64,000 bases of DNA. It comes from Eledone cirrhosa (Eukaryota). Both the position numbers and the translations under genes were made by a program. This document shows positions 53,256 to 64,000 of the stretch, piece after piece (the stretch's first letter is position 1; every line of letters begins with the position of its first letter). The notes beneath the pieces are model-generated. The model made no database searches. It was given only the letters and a program-made list of their open reading frames with translations, and was not told the DNA's origin. Location: positions 97,388 to 161,387 of the forward strand of contig CAXHJY010001386.1 in assembly GCA_964016885.1 (NCBI GenBank). Reading direction: 5' to 3'.

Positions 53256-53702
53256 GAATCATTCTTTCTAATGATAAAACTTTTCATTAGTGACAGTAGC
53301 CAACAAATCCAGTCATTACTTTTGTATCCTATAATAAGTAAAATATCATTTTACTTGTTACGCTGCGGTGGCAAGAAACTCTTAGCAGAGCTGGGCAGCA
53401 GTAGGTCTTCAGAGAAGAAACCCCACCTTAAGCAGGTGTTTTGGCCCTTAACTTCTACTTGTTACGCTATGGTTTCAAGTGTTACTATTTTAACATCTTT
53501 ATAAATAGAAACAAATCAAAGCCATAATTGAAATCTTTAACCTAATGAAGCAATTTCCAGTGTTACATTTTAAACAACCTTAAAACCATGCAATAAAATC
53601 AAAGTCATAATCAACATTTTTAACCTAATAAAATGATTTTTAGTTTTACACTCTCAGTAAACTTAACTATGGAATGAAATGAAAGACATAATGAAACAAT
53701 GT

Positions 53703-53890
53703 TAGGTGGATTGACAGTATTGGTAGAGGATTGGACACCATGCTTTGCAGCAGAGAGTTACGGCTCTTTATGGTCTGAGTTCAAATCCTGCCAAGGTTAA
53801 CTTTGCCTTTCATCCTTATGGGGGTCAATAAAATAAAGCAACAGTAATGCACTGGGATAATTGCTGGCCTTGTAAGTAGAAATAGTTATT
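53703..53890 (+). mobile_element. Nin/Deu SINE (older copy)
   Basis: Matches the family with several CpG transitions. Confidence 0.88.
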
Positions 53891-54117
53891 AAGACCTATA
53901 AATTTAGGCATCAAAATATATATGAACATTTATGAAAGAGAATCTCCATGGGTGCTACTAGTTAAAATAGATCTGGCATAGATTTTTCTGTACAGGTAGA
54001 ATATGAGTCTATCACAGCCAAACTAAAAAAACACCCTAGTGATTGTGAGGTATAATTTAGTGACCTATCCATTGATAGTTACATACCTGCTGTTCATTTG
54101 TCCTCACCACACATCAC

Positions 54118-54335
54118 TTAACCCTTTAATGTTCAAACCGGCCAAAATTCTCTACCTTTTTCTGTTGAAACTGGCTGTAACTGGTCACTCAAACTGATGT
54201 TAAGGTATTGTTCTCAAAATAAATAATATCAAGATTTTGTAGATTTGATATTATGTGAGATAATTATGCGAGATAAAGCCTTTACCATGAAAATATAATA
54301 GTATATATAGAGTAAAGTGAATGCTAAAGGGTTAA
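54118..54335. mobile_element. piggyBac-like MITE
   Basis: TTAA|CCCTTTAATGTTC ... GAATGCTAAAGGG|TTAA. Confidence 0.7.
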
Positions 54336-54433
54336 TTGTGAAATATCTTACCAATTTAGCAGGTTTCACTTCTATATCTAAATAACATTAATCAACCCTA
54401 ATTTTTGTTAGGATCACAATTCTACTTCCCTAT

Positions 54434-56757
54434 TATCATCATCAGTTTTACGTCCGTTTTTACATGCTAGCATGCGTTAGACGAGTTGTCCTGTTGTGGG
54501 CAGTAGCCGGTTGGCTGACCATGCCTTGCTCATACGGGAACTGATTCTGGCTTGATTTCTACAGCTGGATTGCCTTCCCAACACCAACCTCATTTACAGT
54601 GAGTGCTGGGTGCTTTTTTTCCGTGGCGCCTACACGTCCACTTTACAGTGTGGGTTGGGTGCTTTTTTGATGTGGCACCTCCATGACCACTTTACAGTGG
54701 AAGGGTATGGGGGCATATTGTCTATATGCTACAGCTTCGGCTTGTACCCGTGGGGGGGTCGGGTCTTCTGTATTACAGCGTGACGCCAGAGGTCACGGTC
54801 ATGTGTTATCGCCTTTGAGAGGTGTAATTGGGTAAGGTCGGTTTTATCACCTCATCCCAGGTCTTCTTGGGTCTCCCCACTCTGCGGTGTCCATCGACTT
54901 CTAGTGCTCTGCACCTTTTTATGCAGCTGTCATCCTTCATACGCATCACGTCTATACCAATGCAACCGCCTCTCCTGCACACAGCATTTGATTCCCCTTA
55001 TGCTCAGTCTCTTTCTCTCAATTCGTTTATGCTTTGTCGTTCGCATATATTACTATTACACATCCATCGGAGCATGCAGGCTTCGTTTCTTTCTAATCCA
55101 CGCAAGTCTTCCACAGACAGCCCCCAGATCTCACTACTATGTAACATTGCTGTTCGTATACATGCATCATACAGTCTGCCTTTCATTTTGAGGGAAAAGC
55201 CTTTTGCAGCTAGCAGTGGCAGTAGCTCCTTGAACTTCTTCCATCCCGTTCTTATCCTAGTTATTGTAATTTCCGAACACCCACCTCTGCTGTTAATTCA
55301 GTCACCTAGGTAGCAGAAGCTGTCTACTGTTTCTACAGTCTTCCCAGAGTTTGGTGGTACTTGTTTCCTGTGGCTGTTTGCTGCTTGCTGTCCCAGCACA
55401 GTTGCTACATGTGAAGCCTACATTCTTAGTTGAGCTTCCTGAGATCCCACTACATCTCTTATGTACCCATTGTTTGCATTTGGGGCAGAGAATGGAGTTC
55501 CTACCTACACCTTTCCTACATACTTAGCAAGGCCATTTTCCAGAGAGACTCTGGGTTCTGTTTTCTCGTCTACTTACAAGGACCTTAGTCTTTGTCAGGT
55601 TGACTTCGAGACCCTTTCTTTCTAGTCCCTGCTTCCAAGTTTGGAATTTCTTCTCTAGTTCTACCATAGATTCAGCTATAAGTGCGAGATCATTTGCATA
55701 CAGGAGTTCCCATGGGCATCCGATCTTAAACTCCTCCGTTATTGCCTGCAAAACTATGATGAACAGGAGAGGGCTAAGAACAGAGCCCTGGTGGACACCA
55801 ACCTGTATGCTAAATTCCTCACTATAGTCATTGCTAATCCTAACTTTGCTGACTGCTCCCCTATACATGGCTTGTACAGCTTTCACAAGCCATTCATCTA
55901 CTCTTCGTTTTCTTAGAGCCCACCAGATTATAGCACGGGGAACTCTGTCAAAGGCTTTCTCGAGATCGACGAGTGCCAGGTAGAGCGGCTTACTTTTAGC
56001 TAGGTACTTTTCCTGTAACTGCCTCACAAGGAATAGGGCATCAGTGGTGCCTCTTCCTGGCACAAATCCAAATTGCATCTCATCTAGTTTCACCCGGTCC
56101 CTAATCAACTGTGCTATAACTCTTTCTGTTACTTTCATGACCTGGTCCATCAGCTTTATACCTCTATAGTTTCCTCTATCTAGTGCATCACCCTTTTAGC
56201 AGTTGACAATAATGGTGCTGCACCAATCCTTTGGTATGACACCTTCTAATATTACCTGGTTAACAATACGTGTGGTTATGGTGTGACCTACCGACCCAGA
56301 TGCCTTCAGCATGTTGGCAGCTATACCCGATGGACCAGTTGCCTTCCCCGTCTTCATATCTTTGATTGCCTGACTTACTATGTTGCTGCTGACTTGTACT
56401 GCTGGCCCCTCTATAGGGTCTACTTGGGGTAGGGTCTCTTCTTTCCATGCATTCTCCTCATTTAGTAATCTTTCATAATGGCTCTTCCTTTCTTCTCAGC
56501 ACTTGTGAGGGCAAGCTCACCTTTATCATTCCGGATACACTTCTCTCAAATGACATCACAATTCTCTCTGACACACTGCCTCGCAATCTTGAACACCTCC
56601 TGTTTTTGGTCCTCACGTTGCATAACATGCTTGAATTTTTTATCCTCTGCTTCCCTCCTAGCTAAGTATACTTGTCGCCTAGCTTCCCTCCTGGTCTCTA
56701 TGTAATGTACCCTGCTTCCCCCATTCTTCCATTCTTTCCATGCCTGTCTCTTGGCCT
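54434..56757 (-). mobile_element. RTE LINE, 5'-truncated, frameshifted
   Basis: RT ORF 55524-56150 (VDLEKAFD, GVHQGSVLSP, YAND), C-terminus, 3' UTR and (GAT)n tail. Confidence 0.95.
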
Positions 56758-56836
56758 ATGTATAGAGAAATGAAGATACTCAGCTGTTGGTAATTAAATT
56801 AAATTAAAAATTTAGTATATGACTTTACAAGGCAGT

Positions 56837-59648
56837 CATCATGATCATCATCATCACCGTTTTACATCCGTTCTTCCACGCTAGCATGGGTTAGACAGGT
56901 TGTCCTGTTGTGGGCAGTGTCTGGTCGGTTGACCATGCCTTACTCATACAGGAACTGATTTGGCTTGATTTCTACAGCTGGATGCCCTTCCTAATACTAA
57001 CCTCATTTACAGTGAGTGCTGGTGCTTTTTCGTGGCGCCTACACGTCCACTTTACAGTGTGGGCTGGGTGCTTTTTTGCTGTGGCACCTCCACGACGACC
57101 TTTCGGTGGGGGGCATATTGTCTATATGCTTCAGCTTGTACCCATGGGAGGTCGGGTCTTCTGTATTACTGCGTGACACCAGAGGTCACGGTCAAGTGTC
57201 ATCACCTTTGAGAGGTGTAATTGGGTAAGGTCGGCTTTTATCACCTCATCCCAGGTCATCTTGGGTCTCCCAACTCCGCGGTTTCCATCGACTTCTAGTT
57301 CTCTGCACCTTTTTATGCAGCTGTCATCCTTCATACACATCACATGTCCATACCAGCGCAACCGCCTCTCCTGCACACAGCATTTGATTCCTCTTATGCT
57401 CAGTCTCTCTCTCAATTCATTTATGCTGTCGTTCGCGTATATTACTATTACACATCTATCGGAGCATGCAGGCTTCGTTTCTCTCTAATCTACGTAAGTC
57501 TTCCACCTTCAGCGTCCAGGTCTCACTACCCACTACCATGCAACATCGCTGTTCGGATACACGCATCATACAGTCTGCCTTTCATTTTGATGGAGAAGCC
57601 TTTTGCAGCTAGCAGTGGTAGTAGTTCCCTAAACTTCTTCCATCCCGTTCTTACCCTAGTTATTGTACTTTCTGAACACCCACCTCCGCTGCTAATTCGG
57701 TCACCTAGGTAGCAGAAGCTGTCTACTGTTTCTACAGAGCCCTCCCAGAGATTGGTGGTACTTGTTTCCTGTGGCTGTTTGCTGCTTGCTGTCCCAGCAC
57801 AGCTGCTGCATGTGAAGCCTACGTTCTTAATTACGCTTTCTGAGATCCCGCTACATCTCTTGTGTACCCATTGTTTGTATTTGGGGCAGAGAATGGAGTT
57901 CCTACCTACACCTTTCCTACATACTGAGCAAGGCCATTTCCCTGAGAGGATCTGGGTTCTGTTTTCTCATCTACTTACAAGGACCTTTGTCTTTGTCATG
58001 TTGACTTTGAGACCCTTTCTTTCTAGTCGCTGCTTCCAAGTTTGGAATTTCTTCTCTAGTTCTACCATAGATGCAGCTATAAGTGCGAGGTCATCAGCAT
58101 ACAGGAGTTCCCATGGGCATCCGGTCTTAAACTCCTCCGTTATTGCCTGCAGGACTATGATGAACAGGAGGGGGCTAAGAACAGAGCCCTGGTGGACCCC
58201 AACCTGTACTCTAAATTCCTCGCTATACTCATTGCTAATCCTAACTTTGCTGACTGCTCCCTATACATGGCTTGTACCGCTTTCACAAGCCATTCATCTA
58301 CTCCTAGTTTTCTAAGAGCCCACCAGATTACAGCACGTGGAACTCTGTCAAAGGCTTTCTCAAGGTCATCAAATGCCAGGTAGAGTGGCTTACTTTTAGC
58401 TAGGTACTTTTCCTGTAACTGCCTCACAAGGAAGAGGGCATCAGTGGTGCCTCTTCCTGGTACAAACCCAAATTGCATCTCGTCTAGTTTCACCCGGTCC
58501 CTAATCAATTGTGCTATAACTCTTTCTGTTACTTTCATGACCTGGTCCATCAGCTTTATACCTCTATAGTTTCCTCTATCTAGTGCATCGCCTTTACCTT
58601 TGTAGCAGTTGACAATGATGCTACTGCACCAATTTTTTGGGTATGACACCTTCTAGTATTACCTGGTTAACGATACGTGTGGTTATAGTGTGACCTTCAG
58701 ACCCAGATGCCTTCAGCATCTCGGCAGCTATACCCGATGGACCGGTTGCCTTCCCCATCCTCATATCTTTGATTGCCTTACTACGTTGCTGCTGACTTGT
58801 ACTGCTGGCCCCTCTATAGGGTCTACTTGGGGTAGGGTCTCTTCTTTCCATGCATTCTCCTCATTTAGTAATCTATCATAATGACTCTTCCATGCATCTT
58901 TCTTCTCAGCACTTGTGAGGGCAAGCTCACCTTTATCATTCTGGATACACTTCTCTCCAACGACATCACAACTCTCTCTGACACACTGCCTCGCAATCTT
59001 GAACACCTCCTGTTTCTGGTCCTCATGTTGCAAAACATGCTTGAATTTTCTATCCTCTGCTTCCCTCCTAGCTAAGTATACTTGTCACCTAGCTTCCCTC
59101 TTGGTCTCTATGTAATGTACTCTGCTCCCCCCGTTCTTCCATTCTTTCCATGCCTGTCTCTTGGCCTTAACTACCTCATCTACTTTATTGTTCCACCACC
59201 TAGTCACTCTCCTCCTGCTTGAGGTCTTACTCCAGCCACAGACCTCATCCGTCGCCTCTAGTAAGTTATTTTTTAGGAACTCCCAGTTCTCTTCTACATT
59301 GAATGTCTGTATCTGTTCTTCTTTACTGTCGTAGGCGTTGAGTAAAATATCTTTAAATCTGTTACTGGTTGAGGGGTCTTTCAGCTTCCAGATCTTTCTT
59401 CTCCAGGTTGGCCTCTGTTTCCAGGTTCATCTAGTTCTGACTGTGAGGTCGCTGACAACTAAGCTATGTTGGGGTGTACATTCCTCACTAGGGAAGGCTT
59501 TTGTGTTCACGACCGTCCATCTGTCACGTCCTCTGATGAGGATAAATCTATCTGACTAGAGTGCTCCCCTGATCTATAGGTGATCAGGTGGTTGTTGGGT
59601 TTTTTAAAGTTTGTGTTACATATCGACATATTATTGGTGTCGCAGAAT
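56837..59648 (-). mobile_element. RTE LINE, truncated in APE, frameshifted
   Basis: Collinear with 54434-56757 and 7514-10400; YADD at ~58090-58102; ends in EFCDTNNMSICNTNFKK. Confidence 0.95.
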
Positions 59649-60459
59649 TCGACATGTCATTGGCGTCGCAGAATTCGACATGTCATTGGCGTCGCAGAAT
59701 TGTGTATATCCAGATCAGCCTTAATCCAGAAGACTTAGGACCAAATATATTCCAGACACAACCAAGCCATCTTTTATTCATACACAGTGAATCTTGAACT
59801 ACATTATTCAATGCAGCACTCATTTTTTAAAGATGATAGAGTGTGATTTGAGTGAGATATTGTTGCGAATTCTAGAGATTTACACATTAATAAGAATTGT
59901 TTTGAAATTTAAAAAATTCTCTGCTATTTTGCTCTAAAGCAGTACTTCTTAAATTGGAGTTCATGAATATATTATACACATATTCAGACACACATTCTAG
60001 AATATATTAGGCATGCACGAATTTAGTTTTTCTGCTTTTTGTATAGAACGAGTCACATTTTTATGTAGTACACAATGACACATGATTCAACATATTATCT
60101 ACCTTTGTAACATTTGGAAACCAGAGTTGAAGTTTATTGTAATATTTCTTGTAATAAGAGCTGTTATTTTCATCACTTGTTTAGATGTAACTACATTTTA
60201 ACCATTAAGTTATACATTATTATTTTGCTATTCATTGTGCTAATGGTGTTGGTTTAACAATTTCATTCCCATATCTATATATTAATTTCAACAATGTCAG
60301 TATTCCGTGTGTCATAATTCTCGATTATCATAGGTTCATAGGTTTCAAATGACTCCGCCCACATCAACGACGCCAAACTTAAATTAATATGCATAATGCC
60401 AATGAGGGAGTGAGAGGGGAGAGTAAAAAACAGAGAGGCAAAGTGTTGGATACACTATG

Positions 60460-60780
60460 TGTCAGTGTAGAGACATGTGTGTGATGTGTGTGGAAATAAG
60501 AGGGGAAGCAAAGCAATAACTATTAACATGTGTGCGTGTGTATGTACGTGCGCATGTTTGTGTGTGCGCGTGCATGCAGCGTGCCACAGAAAGTAAAAAC
60601 TATCATGTGTGTGCGTGTGTGTAAGTGTACGGGTGTGTGTGTGTAAGTGCACGGGTGCGTGTGTAAGTTTGCATACGTGTGCGCGTTTCCATGCGTGTAT
60701 ATGTGTGTATGTGCGGCGTTCCACAATCGCCATGCAGTTTATCTGTCTGTGTGCCTGTCTGTCAGTCTAACATACACAGA
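60460..60780. repeat. Degenerate (TG)n/(CG) microsatellite
   Basis: Directly visible. Confidence 0.85.
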
Positions 60781-61365
60781 GTTGTGAAGGGAGTAAATTA
60801 GATAAGCATGTTATCCATATCCATATTAATTTGGCATTTGTATAAACCATTTCAAGTAAATAGGGACCTTTTTTACATTGACTGACATCTGTTATATTAA
60901 TTATCTATATCTATATCTACATATAATATAAAAGATTGGAACTTCCATCATCCTTTTGAGAAATGTGGAACAACCACGTCTATGCAATGATACATGTTTT
61001 ACAGTCAGGCAGAAGATGAACCATCCCCTAGAGGTCACTATTCTAGGTGGGAGCACCTAGAATTGTTCATATAGTATGCACAAACAGTACAATGAAGAAT
61101 CTGGTATATCTGGAAGATTATTTTTACTGTTTTTTGTATCACACAGACACCACGGACTCGCCTGATACTGTAACCAGACAAACATTCAATACAGTCATTT
61201 TCTCTTTTACCTGTCATCTCTTATCATCTGTTTACCCGGGTGAAGCTGGGAACGTCAGCTAGTTTCTAATAAAATACACGACCTATGTATTTCAATTAAT
61301 TTTGAAAATCATCGAAAATTTGTAAGAATTTAATAACCTTTTCATTATTAAATTGATGTTTGGAA

Positions 61366-61772
61366 CATCATCATCATCATTTAATGTCCATCTTCCACGT
61401 AGCATGGGTTGGACGGTTTTGTCCTACTTGAGGCGAGATTGGTTAGGAGACTGTCTCTCGCTCATACAGAACTGTTTCTGACAGGTTTTCTATGGCTGGG
61501 TGCCCTTCCTAATACCAACCACATTTACAGTGTGGACTGGGAGCCTTTTTACCATATCTCCTACACAACCACTTTACAGTGTGGACTGGGTGCTTTTTGT
61601 CATGACACCTACACAACCACTTTACAGTGAATGGGAGGATGGAGTAGGGGTGTGGGTGTATATTGGGTTAAGATGTGCCTACTGACTGTAGGTTTAAGTT
61701 TGTATGCAAGGGAAGGCAGGTCTTTTGTATAACTGCATAGTGCCAAAGATTTTGATCCAGTGACATTGTCTT
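61366..61772 (-). mobile_element. RTE 3' end (7514-type) nested in a piggyBac-like MITE
   Basis: Collinear with 7514-7955; the flanks rejoin as the 20676-type MITE. Confidence 0.8.
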
Positions 61773-62011
61773 AAGAAAAATTTCTTTTAAAAATCTTGAT
61801 GGAAAGTTTTAATATAAATATTAATATTTAAAAAAGAAGCGTTTTCTATCATAAAACCAGGGTGGTTTCTGGTGGCTTTGTATCAAAAGGGTTAATATAA
61901 AATTTTGACAATTTACACAGAAATAAATTGGCAACATGGAACACTCAGATTTATAGATAACCAAACAGTAAAATTATGGTGTTTATCTTCCAGCTGCTTT
62001 AGCAACATTAT

Positions 62012-62097
62012 TTTCATCCTTACGGGGTCGATAAAATAAAGTACCAGTAATGTACTGGGTAATTGCTGGCCTTGTGCCAAATGTAGAAACAATTATT
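62012..62097 (+). mobile_element. 5'-truncated Nin/Deu SINE
   Basis: TTTCATCCTTACGGGGTCGATAAAATAAAGTACCAG...AGAAACAATTATT. Confidence 0.88.
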
Positions 62098-64000
62098 GAA
62101 ATAGAATTATGTCAATTGGGAATTTTCTCTACAACACTTGTCCCTATGAGATTTAATAAATGTTTAGCCTTTTTAGTACAAAACTGTTTCTACAGTACAA
62201 AGCTTAGTTTTTTTTGTTGACACTTTAAAACAATCATAATTTTGTGGAAAAAAACTTTATTCCAAACACCACGTTTCACCTATTTCTTTTTATAAGCTTT
62301 TTTTAGTTGTTTTGAATGATGCTTTTTTTCCCTTCTCAGTGATTCATCATTATGATGAATTCTTCAAGCTGGGAGTGAACTTAGGGTATTCCCTACTAAT
62401 CCCCTTCCCTTCCTTATGTGCTCATTGTCCATGGTTGATTTCCTTCCTTGCCTGTATGTTCAGCATCAGTAATGTTAACTTAGTGACGTTTCTACCCTTG
62501 ATGTTGAGTTTGAAATGTTGAAGGTTAGTAGTTGGAAAATAAACATTGCCAGATAGGTAGTCTCAGAGGGGTGCATCTTTGGTAGCAAGAGCAGTTTTTA
62601 AGGGCAGATTAGAACACTAATTTGTGACAAGAAGATTTTAAAAAAACACCTGTGTTTGTCTGGAGGATGGGGATGCATTTTGGTGGTATATTTGGACCTT
62701 GTTAGAACTTAGCAATTCTTTAGTTCTGAAATGACTGTTGGTCTTTTAAAACAAAACTTCAACTGTTAGAGTATTGTGACAGTGCAAAGAAAAGTAATCA
62801 GGGCATTGTAAATAGTTATCAGAGATTGTTAGCCTTTTGTTTGAATGCAAAATTCTATAGCTGTTAGCATGTGTCATTGCTTTTTTTTTATTTTAATTTT
62901 TTTTACATGAAATGAGGTGTATGTAGTGTTGATTTGTATTTGTGAGATGTATAGTGTGTAAGTTTGGTGTTGTTGAAGGAGATTGTCAGAGGTGATAAAA
63001 GCTTTGCTAAGAACTGAAAATTTTGTTTATTTTTGTTGAATTGCTTATCTCATTCATTCCTACACTCTATTACATGTATCATACATAATTAAATAATCAT
63101 TGCACACTTCAAATGATTGTCTAAAAGCAACCATATATTATTTCATAACATCTACACTGAGATAACATGTACACACACTTATATATCCTTGCACTCATTA
63201 CATATCTTACTCACACTCCTTATATTCAGACACCTTATAAACATTTAACCAACTCACATGCGCACACTTTAATACACCTTTACAATCACACATTTAGCAA
63301 AGGTTTTTAATATGTATGTGTGCATACTTACATGTATATGCATACAAGTATGTAGGTATATATGTTAAGATGTAGATAAATGCATCCACTAAGAAAATAT
63401 TTTACATCGGTGATAGTTATAAAATGTCAAAATATTAATGGTCTCCATTGTAAAGCTCAACAACCTTGTTGTAAGCTATTTAAATATTTTTGATACTTCT
63501 CTCATTAAATCACTTAAATGTCATCTTGCTGCTGCCATTGCTGTTGTTGCTACTTCTACCATCATCCATCCAATTGGTGCCATATCAAGATTATATCTCT
63601 TCTGCTAATATTTCTGCTACAAAACATGGCTCCATCTTTCTAGTTGACAGATTCCTGTTCATTTCTGTGCAATGTCACCCTCATATCTCTCTCACTTTCT
63701 CTCTCTCCCTTTCTCACACTCTTTCACTCACATATAAACACACACACTCTCTCTCATACTATTTCATTCACACACAAACATGCCTCTTTCTCTGATACAA
63801 ATTGTACAAAGTATGAACAATCTCTCTTTCTCATTTTCAGCTGTACAGTAAAGGCTTTTCTCTCACCTGTCATTCCTAAACTATACACTATATAACACAC
63901 CTTACAATATTTTCTGACGACCAAATTATACATTACATATCTCTATCTAAACTGTGCTATGTAATTTGTCTGTATATTATATAACCATATCACACTTATA

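Overview
This is eukaryotic, AT-rich, repeat-dense DNA. The SINE, RTE-LINE and microsatellite complement is most consistent with an octopus (coleoid cephalopod) genome; that is my inference, not a database result. There is no intact host gene, rRNA or CRISPR array. Most ORFs in the supplied track are microsatellite or antisense-TE artefacts. Bases ~300-14160 are a large compound (TA)n/TAATC array carrying inserted retroelements: Penelope-like RT and pLTR pieces, a near-intact 5'-truncated RTE and an L1/Tx1 3' end. The rest holds many tRNA-derived SINEs, two non-autonomous Helitrons, a hAT element with TIRs and an 8-bp TSD, MITEs, decayed CR1/Jockey, R4/Dong and Tc1 remnants, and two tandem RTE copies. 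The most notable observations are: (i) a minimal type I hammerhead ribozyme with a U3:A8 core variant, present on both strands of a ~300-bp palindrome; (ii) a PHD finger inserted inside the RTE reverse transcriptase; (iii) several fold-back palindromes; (iv) a candidate 51-nt symmetric exon. Coordinates of degenerate repeats are approximate.
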